Positions 16,366 through 22,224 of a stretch of 41,532 nt of DNA are shown here, one piece after another (the stretch's first letter is position 1; every line of letters begins with the position of its first letter). The translations under genes and the position numbers were made by a program. The DNA comes from Clostridiales bacterium CCNA10 (GTDB taxonomy: Bacteria > Verrucomicrobiota > Kiritimatiellia > RFP12 > UBA1067). Location of the stretch: assembly GCA_963618935.1 (NCBI GenBank), contig CAVEVC010000075.1, positions 1-41,532 on the forward strand. The letters run 5' to 3'. The notes beneath the pieces are model-generated. The model was not told the DNA's origin. It made no database searches and worked only from the letters and a program-made list of their open reading frames with translations.

Positions 16366-16905
16366 TTACCTTAATTTGATCACGAAGAAATTGTATCCGA
16401 CCTCGCAGCGGACCCATTCGCCCGGCGTCTCAGCGCCGCGTCTGACCACGCGCATCATCTTCCAGTTGTTCCTGTAGAGCCAGGCCGGAGGGTGCGTTGT
16501 GGAAAGAGCGGCGAATGCCGTCTCGCCCCCGCAAGTGGCGGAGAAATCCGCCAGAACCGAATCCATGTCAAGCGCCATGTGTACGTCGAAAACGCCAGCC
16601 TGCGCGTTGTTGGCGGCATCCGTCTCAATCCTCTCCCAGGTGCGGGCGTTTTCGATGAAGTAGCCCCCCCCCCCCCCCCGCCAGCCATAGACCGTATCGA
16701 TCTCCTCGACATCGAGGATGCCGTTCGTGTTCACATCGCATCCGAATCCGACCTCAAGATCGTTGTATTCGGTTCCGTTCAGCTGCAGATGCAGTTTCAC
16801 CTCCCGGACGTCTGTCCGGCAATCGAAGACAAGACAGCCCCCGTTGCCGATCTCGTCGGCCGGCAATCCACTCTTGAAGGAGAACGATTTTATCGACAGT
16901 TTCAT
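16366..16905 (-). CDS. hypothetical 179-aa protein, first gene of the island operon, containing a G16 homopolymer and an EF-hand-like loop
   Basis: The ORF has no signal peptide. DVNTNGILDVEE (aa 57-68, nt 16702-16737) fits the 12-residue EF-hand loop pattern D-x-N-x-N-G-x-L-D-x-x-E. The G tract encodes R76-G81. Its stop codon TAA lies inside the AAGG Shine-Dalgarno of the next gene, with a 4-nt gap. Confidence 0.7.
   Translation of the reverse strand: MKLSIKSFSFKSGLPADEIGNGGCLVFDCRTDVREVKLHLQLNGTEYNDLEVGFGCDVNTNGILDVEEIDTVYGWRGGGGGYFIENARTWERIETDAANNAQAGVFDVHMALDMDSVLADFSATCGGETAFAALSTTHPPAWLYRNNWKMMRVVRRGAETPGEWVRCEVGYNFFVIKLR
16664..16679 (-). repeat. homopolymeric tract: 16 consecutive C on the + strand (G16 on the coding strand) inside the 179-aa ORF
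   Basis: Counted directly: tag + 7 C (16664-16670) + 9 C (16671-16679) + g. It is read as cgg ggg ggg ggg ggg ggc, giving R-G-G-G-G-G. A second frame through the tract is also open (track ORF 16455-16712) and stops at 16455. Confidence 0.95.
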
Positions 16906-16934
16906 GGTGGCTTTTTCGCATCATTCGCCCATGG

Positions 16935-16954
16935 GTTTTTCGTGGCGAAAAAAC
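16935..16954. promoter_or_regulatory. near-perfect palindrome between the island promoter and the first start codon (operator-like or 5' UTR hairpin)
   Basis: GTTTTTCG (16935-16942), tgg, then CGAAAAAAC (16946-16954): 7 perfect pairs plus one bulged A. It lies 8 nt downstream of the -10 box (minus-strand sense) and 29 nt upstream of the ATG at 16905. Confidence 0.55.
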
Positions 16955-16961
16955 ATGTGAC

Positions 16962-16970
16962 ATGATACCA
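16962..16970 (-). promoter_or_regulatory. extended -10 box TGGTATCAT for the island operon
   Basis: The + strand atgatacca (16962-16970) reads TGGTATCAT on the minus strand, about 57 nt upstream of the ATG at 16905. No convincing -35 was found. Confidence 0.4.
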
Positions 16971-17026
16971 AAAATTCCACTTGCCGTGGCACGTTCCCCT
17001 TGTCTTGTCACCGGCTGAATCCCGAC

Positions 17027-17055
17027 TTACAGACCCAGCCGAAATCTGCTATACT
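17027..17055 (+). promoter_or_regulatory. putative ileS promoter
   Basis: TTACAG (17027-17032), a 17-nt spacer ending in TGC, then TATACT (17050-17055). It is followed by a leader of about 90 nt containing a GCAAC..GTTGC hairpin. The GGAG Shine-Dalgarno is at 17141-17144. Confidence 0.5.
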
Positions 17056-17153
17056 ACCCGGTCAATCACAGGAAGGCCCTTGCCAGACAGCCCTTCGCAA
17101 CGAGTGTTGCGCTGGAAACTGGCTGGCGGGGTAGTTGATTGGAGCAGCGCGAG

Positions 17154-20100
17154 ATGTTCAAGCCGGTATCGAACAAGGTCCAGTTCCCTCGGATGGAGGA
17201 GGACGTGCTCACGTATTGGGCCGAGGCCGATGTGTTCAGGAAGTCCCTCGACCGCAACCGCGGCAAGGAGCGCTACACGTTCTACGACGGGCCCCCGTTC
17301 GCGACGGGCCTGCCGCACTACGGCCACCTCCTCGCCGGCACGATCAAGGACATCGTGCCGCGCTACCAGACCATGCGCGGCAAGTACGTCGAGCGCCGCT
17401 TCGGCTGGGACACCCACGGCCTGCCGATCGAGGCCCTCGCCCAGGACGCCCTCGGCGTCGCCGGCGCCCCGGAGATCAAGGCCCTCGGCGTCGACAAGTT
17501 CAACGAGCAGTGCCGCTCCATGGTGCTCAAATACGTCTCCGAGTGGCGCAAGACCGTCACCCGCATGGGACGCTGGGTCGACTTCGACCACGACTACAAG
17601 ACCATGAACCCCGAGTTCATGGAGACGATCTGGTGGGTCTTCAAGCAGCTCTGGAACCAGGGCCGCGTCTACCGTTCGCACCGCATCATGCCCTACTCCT
17701 GGAAGCTCTCGACGCCGCTCTCGAACTTCGAGGCCGGCTCGAACTACAAGGACGTGCAGGACCCGGCCGTCACCGTGCGCGTGAAGGTCGAGCAGCCGGG
17801 CGACGCGCTGAAGGCCCCGCTCGCGCAGGAGCCGGCGGTCTACCTCCTCATCTGGACGACGACGCCCTGGACGCTCCCCGAGAACCTGATGATCTGCGCG
17901 GGCGCGGACATCGACTACGTGGCGGTGCGCGACCTCACGGACGACGCGCGCCCAATCTACGTGATGGCGAAGGTGCGGCTTTCCTCGATCTTCAAGAAGC
18001 CCGAGCAGTATGAGCGCGTCGCCGCCTTCAAGGGCGCCGCGCTGAAGGGCACCTCCTACGAGCCGCTGTTCCCGTATTTCGCGGACAAAAAGGCCGAGGG
18101 CGCCTTCCGCGTCCTCAACGACGGCTACGTCTCGACCGAGGACGGCACGGGCCTCGTCCACATCGCCCCCGCCTACGGCGAGGACGACTTCCGCGTCTGC
18201 CAGGAGGCGGGGATGCACGCGCTCGTCGACCCGCTCGACGCGAGCTGCAACTTCACCGACCAGGTGCCCGAATACGCGGGCCGCTTCTGCAAGGACTGCG
18301 ACAAGGACATCATCCGTCGCCTGAAGGACGAGGGCAAGCTCGTACACCAGGCGACGATCGTCCACGCCTACCCGTTCTGCGACCGCACCGACACGCCGCT
18401 CATCTACCGCGCGATCGACGCCTGGTACGTGAAGGTGGAGGACCTGCACGGCCAGCTCGTCGCGAACAACAACGGCGTCCACTGGACGCCCGCCTACGTG
18501 GGCGACAGGCGCTTCGGCAACTGGCTCAAGGACGCGCGCGACTGGAACATCTCCCGCAACCGCTTCTGGGGCAGCTGCATCCCCGTGTGGATCAACGACG
18601 ACGACCCGGACGACATGATCTGCGTCGGCTCCGTCCAGGAGCTCGAAGACCTGAGCGGCGTGCGCGTCGCCGACCTCCACAAGCACTTCGTCGACAAGGT
18701 CGTCGTCCGGAAGGACGGCAAGACCTACCACCGCACGCCCGAGGTGCTCGACTGCTGGTTCGAAAGCGGGTCCATGCCCTACGCGCAGCAGCACTACATG
18801 GGATCCACCGGCGCAGCCGTTTCCGACTTCTTCCCCGCCGACTTCATCGCCGAGGGCCTGGACCAGACGCGCGGCTGGTTCTACACGCTCATGCTCCTCG
18901 GCACGATGCTCTTCGGGAAGAGCCCGTACCGGAACGTCGTCGTGAACGGCCTCGTCCTCGCCGAGGACGGCAAGAAGATGTCGAAGCGCCTGAAGAACTA
19001 CCCCGACCCGACGCTCATGCTCGACACCTACGGCGCGGACGCGATCCGCCTCTACATGATCCACTCGCCCGTTGTGCGCGCCGAGAACCTGAAGTTCTCC
19101 GAGAACGGCGTCAAGCAGGTCCTCCGCGACCTGCTCATCCCGTGGTGGAACGCCTACTCCTTCTTCGTCACCTACGCGAACGTGGACGGCTTCCACGACG
19201 AGGAGGTCGTGGCCCCCGACTCGCCGAACGTCCTCGACCGCTGGATCTGCAGCTCGATGGAGACGCTGATCGCCGACGTCGCCTCCGCGATGGACGCCTA
19301 CGACCTCCAGGGCGCGGTGCGCCCGTTCGTCGCGTTCATCGAGGACCTGACGAACTGGTACATCCGCCGCAGCCGCCGCCGCTTCTGGAAGAGCCAGAAC
19401 GACGGGGACAAGCTCCACGCCTACCGCACGCTCCGCTACGTGCTCGTGCAGCTCGCGAAGGTCGCCGCGCCGTTCACGCCGTTCATCTCCGAGGCGATCT
19501 ACCGCAACCTGAAGGGGAAGGGCGACCCCGAGAGCGTCCACCTCTGCGACTTCCCCGCGGCGCGCGCCGGCGCGCGCGACCTCGCCCTCGAGCGCGAGAT
19601 GGCCGCCGTGCAGGCGATCGTCAGGCTCGGCCGCCAGCTGCGCGTCGACAACGACCTCAAGGTGCGCCAGCCGCTCGCGAAGATCCTCGTCGCCGGCGTC
19701 GGCACGCGGCTCGACGACCTCATCCTCGACGAGCTCAACATCAAGGAGATCGCCTACATCGCCGACGAGACCGCGCTTTGCGACGTGAGCTACAAGGCGA
19801 ACTTCAAGACGCTCGGCCCGAAGTGCGGACCGAAGATGAAGGCCGTCGCCGCCGCGATCTCCCGGATCGGAAAGGACGGGGCCTCTGGCGGCCCCGCGCC
19901 CCTGCCCATGGTGGTCGAAGGCGTCGAAGTCGCCCTCGACGACGTCTTGGTGACGCGCAGGCCGAAGGCCGGCATGGTCGTCGCCTCGGAGGGCGCCGTC
20001 GTGGTGGGCCTTGAGACGGCGCTCACCCCCGCGCTCGTCGCCGAGGGCCTGGCGCGCGAGTTCGTGAGCCACGTGCAGGCGATGCGCAAGGAGGCGGACT

Positions 20101-20288
20101 TCGAGGTCACGCAGCGCATCGCCGTCGCCGCCGAGGTCGACGCCGAGCTCCAGGCCGCGCTCACGGCGCACGCCGGCTACGTGAAGGCCGAGACGCTTGC
20201 GACGGCGCTCACGTTCGCCCCCTGCCCCGGCGCGGCGCCCTGCGACCTCAACGGCCACGCCGCGAAGATCGCGGTCGTCAAGGCCTGA
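17154..20288 (+). CDS. ileS: isoleucine--tRNA ligase, type 2 (eukaryote-like) form
   Basis: The track ORF (TTG at 17139) was trimmed to the ATG at 17154 (MFKPVSNKVQFPRMEEDVLTYW). HIGH motif: PHYGHLL. KMSKS motif: KKMSKRL. A length of about 1044 aa and the YDGPPFATGLPHYGH N-terminus are typical of type-2 IleS. Confidence 0.95.
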   Translation: MFKPVSNKVQFPRMEEDVLTYWAEADVFRKSLDRNRGKERYTFYDGPPFATGLPHYGHLLAGTIKDIVPRYQTMRGKYVERRFGWDTHGLPIEALAQDALGVAGAPEIKALGVDKFNEQCRSMVLKYVSEWRKTVTRMGRWVDFDHDYKTMNPEFMETIWWVFKQLWNQGRVYRSHRIMPYSWKLSTPLSNFEAGSNYKDVQDPAVTVRVKVEQPGDALKAPLAQEPAVYLLIWTTTPWTLPENLMICAGADIDYVAVRDLTDDARPIYVMAKVRLSSIFKKPEQYERVAAFKGAALKGTSYEPLFPYFADKKAEGAFRVLNDGYVSTEDGTGLVHIAPAYGEDDFRVCQEAGMHALVDPLDASCNFTDQVPEYAGRFCKDCDKDIIRRLKDEGKLVHQATIVHAYPFCDRTDTPLIYRAIDAWYVKVEDLHGQLVANNNGVHWTPAYVGDRRFGNWLKDARDWNISRNRFWGSCIPVWINDDDPDDMICVGSVQELEDLSGVRVADLHKHFVDKVVVRKDGKTYHRTPEVLDCWFESGSMPYAQQHYMGSTGAAVSDFFPADFIAEGLDQTRGWFYTLMLLGTMLFGKSPYRNVVVNGLVLAEDGKKMSKRLKNYPDPTLMLDTYGADAIRLYMIHSPVVRAENLKFSENGVKQVLRDLLIPWWNAYSFFVTYANVDGFHDEEVVAPDSPNVLDRWICSSMETLIADVASAMDAYDLQGAVRPFVAFIEDLTNWYIRRSRRRFWKSQNDGDKLHAYRTLRYVLVQLAKVAAPFTPFISEAIYRNLKGKGDPESVHLCDFPAARAGARDLALEREMAAVQAIVRLGRQLRVDNDLKVRQPLAKILVAGVGTRLDDLILDELNIKEIAYIADETALCDVSYKANFKTLGPKCGPKMKAVAAAISRIGKDGASGGPAPLPMVVEGVEVALDDVLVTRRPKAGMVVASEGAVVVGLETALTPALVAEGLAREFVSHVQAMRKEADFEVTQRIAVAAEVDAELQAALTAHAGYVKAETLATALTFAPCPGAAPCDLNGHAAKIAVVKA

Positions 20289-20328
20289 TCCCCCGACAAG
20301 GCACGCGCGGCTCGGCACGCGCGGCTTG

Positions 20329-20365
20329 GCACGCGCTGTACCCGCGCCGCCCTCGGCGCGTGGCG
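20329..20365 (+). repeat. REP-like palindromic intergenic repeat, family 1, copy A
   Basis: The sequence is gcacgcgctGTACCCGCGCCGCCCTCGGCGCGTGGCG. The core hairpin is CGCGCCG-ccct-CGGCGCG. It is preceded by two extra GGCACGCGCGGCT half-units (20300-20328) and lies 41 nt after the ileS stop. Confidence 0.85.
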
Positions 20366-20403
20366 TCTCGGCGCGTCCGCGAGTCGATCATCGCGGCATT
20401 TCA

Positions 20404-20432
20404 TTGAACGGGGAAACGCTGTTTGGTATAAT
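20404..20432 (+). promoter_or_regulatory. near-consensus sigma70 promoter of rpiB-glyA
   Basis: TTGAAC (20404-20409), a 17-nt spacer ending in TGG, then TATAAT (20427-20432). The predicted transcription start is near 20439-20440. Confidence 0.6.
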
Positions 20433-20440
20433 GGGCCGAA

Positions 20441-20485
20441 CTTTCACCCACCAAGCTTTCACCCACCAGACTTTCACCCACCATA
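20441..20485 (+). repeat. 3 x 15-bp tandem direct repeat (CTTTCACCCACCA + 2 nt) filling the rpiB-glyA 5' UTR
   Basis: The units are at 20441-20455, 20456-20470 and 20471-20485. The 13-nt core is identical in all three and only the last 2 nt vary (ag / ga / ta). It is followed by the Shine-Dalgarno AAGGA (20485-20489) and the ATG at 20501. Confidence 0.9.
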
Positions 20486-20500
20486 AGGAATGTCGCAACC

Positions 20501-22177
20501 ATGAAAATCGCCATTGGCTCCGATCACGGCGGCTTTGAACTGAAGAAGGCGATCCTCGCCAGGTACACGGACGCGGACGTGCTGGACTTCGGTCCGGAGA
20601 CGGCGGACCCCTGCGACTATCCCGACTACGCCGACGACGTCGCGGAGGCGGTCGCCAGCGGCGCGGCCGACTTTGGCGTGCTCGTCTGCACCACGGGCAT
20701 GGGCGTGACGATGGCCGCGAACCGCTTCCAGAACGTGCGCGCCGCGCTCTGCCGCGACGAGAAGGACGCCGCGCTCGCGCGCGCCCACAACGGCGCGAAC
20801 GTCCTCTGCCTCGGCCAGGACCGCACGAAGCCCGCCGCCGCCCTCCGCATCCTCAGGACGTTCGTGGCGACGAAGGTCGACGCGGCCGGCCGCCACGCGC
20901 GCCGCCGCGCGAAGCTGGAGCGCGCGAGGCGCCTGAGCGACGTCAGCGGCCTCGCGAAGGCCGACCCCGAGGTCTACGCCGCGGTCAAGGCCCAGGTCGT
21001 GCAGGAGGACACGGAGATCAACCTCATCGCCTCCGAGAACACGTCGAGCCGCGCCGTGCGCCTCGCCGCCGGGTCCGTCCTCATGAACAAGTACGCCGAG
21101 GGCTACCCGGGAAAGCGCTGGTACTCGGGCTGCCTGCCGGTGGACGCGGCGGAGGAGCTGGCCTGCCGCCGCGCGTGCGCGCTCTTCGGCGCGGAGCACG
21201 CGAACGTGCAGCCGCACTGCGGCTCGGCCGCGAACATGGCCGTCTACTTCGCCACGATCAAGCCCGGCGACACGATCATGTCGCTCGCGCTCGACCAGGG
21301 CGGGCACCTCTCGCACGGCTCGCCCGTCAACTTCTCGGGCAAGATCTACCGCATCGTCCCCTACACGGTCGACCGCAAGACCGAGCGCATCGACTACGAC
21401 GCCCTCGAGAGGCAGGCGCTGGAGGTGAGGCCGCAGATCCTCCTCACGGGCGCCTCGGCCTACCCGCGCACGATCGACTTCAGGCGCATCCGCGAGATCT
21501 GCGACAAGGCGGGCTGCATCATGCTCGTGGACATGGCCCACATCGCGGGCCTCGTCGCGGGCGGCGCGCACCCATCGCCCGTCCCCTATGCGGACTTCGT
21601 GACGACGACGACGCACAAGACGCTCGGCGGCCCGCGCGGCGGCATGGTCCTCTGCAAGGAGAAGTGGGCGAAGGCGCTCGACAGCGCGGTCTTCCCCGGC
21701 ATGCAGGGCGGCCCGCTCGAAAACGTCATCGCCGCGAAGGCGGTCCTCTTCCGCGAGTGGATGGGCCCCGAGAAGAAGGGCTACGCCCAGCAGGTCGTCA
21801 AGAACTGCCAGGCGATGTGCAAGGCGGTGCAGGACCGCGGCTACCGCATCGTCTCGGGCGGCACGGACAACCATCTCTTCCTCGTGGACGTCAAGTCCAC
21901 GAAGGGCATCACGGGCAAGGAGGCCGCCGCCGCCCTCGACGCGGCCGGCATCGTCGTCAACAAGAACACGATCCCCTACGACGCCGAGTCGCCGTTCAGG
22001 ACCTCCGGCATCCGCGTGGGCACGGCCTCCATCACGACGCGCGGCATGAAGGAGAAGGAGGCCGCGAAGATCGGCGGCTGGATCGCGGACGTCCTCGACG
22101 ACATCGCGGACGTGAAGGTGCAGGCGAAGGTCAAGGCGAAGGCGAAGGCCCTCACGGCCCGGTTCCTCGTGCCCTGA
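20501..22177 (+). CDS. glyA: bifunctional fusion: ribose-5-phosphate isomerase B (N-terminal about 150 aa) plus serine hydroxymethyltransferase (C-terminal about 410 aa)
   Basis: The N-terminus [57 protein letters not shown] matches the RpiB/LacAB family, including the active-site Cys region. From [51 protein letters not shown] (PLP-Lys) it is a full-length SHMT. It is a single uninterrupted 558-aa ORF. Confidence 0.9.
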   Translation: MKIAIGSDHGGFELKKAILARYTDADVLDFGPETADPCDYPDYADDVAEAVASGAADFGVLVCTTGMGVTMAANRFQNVRAALCRDEKDAALARAHNGANVLCLGQDRTKPAAALRILRTFVATKVDAAGRHARRRAKLERARRLSDVSGLAKADPEVYAAVKAQVVQEDTEINLIASENTSSRAVRLAAGSVLMNKYAEGYPGKRWYSGCLPVDAAEELACRRACALFGAEHANVQPHCGSAANMAVYFATIKPGDTIMSLALDQGGHLSHGSPVNFSGKIYRIVPYTVDRKTERIDYDALERQALEVRPQILLTGASAYPRTIDFRRIREICDKAGCIMLVDMAHIAGLVAGGAHPSPVPYADFVTTTTHKTLGGPRGGMVLCKEKWAKALDSAVFPGMQGGPLENVIAAKAVLFREWMGPEKKGYAQQVVKNCQAMCKAVQDRGYRIVSGGTDNHLFLVDVKSTKGITGKEAAAALDAAGIVVNKNTIPYDAESPFRTSGIRVGTASITTRGMKEKEAAKIGGWIADVLDDIADVKVQAKVKAKAKALTARFLVP

Positions 22178-22224
22178 CGGCCGCACGGCGAGACGGCGGA
22201 AAAAAGCGAACGGAGGAGAGGACG

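Noticed and set aside
10654-16374. Plus-strand ORFs inside the island: 10654-10860, 11036-11353, 11305-11613, 12165-12812, 12817-13302, 14114-14506, 15039-15851, 16030-16374 and 16492-16965.
   Set aside because: All lie antisense to, or out of frame with, the three long, contiguous and translationally coupled minus-strand ORFs. None has a motif, a Shine-Dalgarno or a promoter of its own.
17056-17153. A T-box or other known riboswitch was considered in the ileS leader, and a ZTP, THF or glycine riboswitch upstream of glyA (20433-20500).
   Set aside because: No specifier or T-box consensus (AGGGUGGNACCGCG-like) and no conserved riboswitch cores were recognised by eye. A covariance-model scan (Rfam/Infernal) would be the decisive check.
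20431-20538. A Thr/His-rich upstream ORF ([18 protein letters not shown]...) was considered as a stand-alone annotated leader peptide.
   Set aside because: Its ATG lies inside the predicted -10 hexamer, upstream of the predicted transcription start, and it has no Shine-Dalgarno. It is recorded only as an alternative explanation within the repeat finding.
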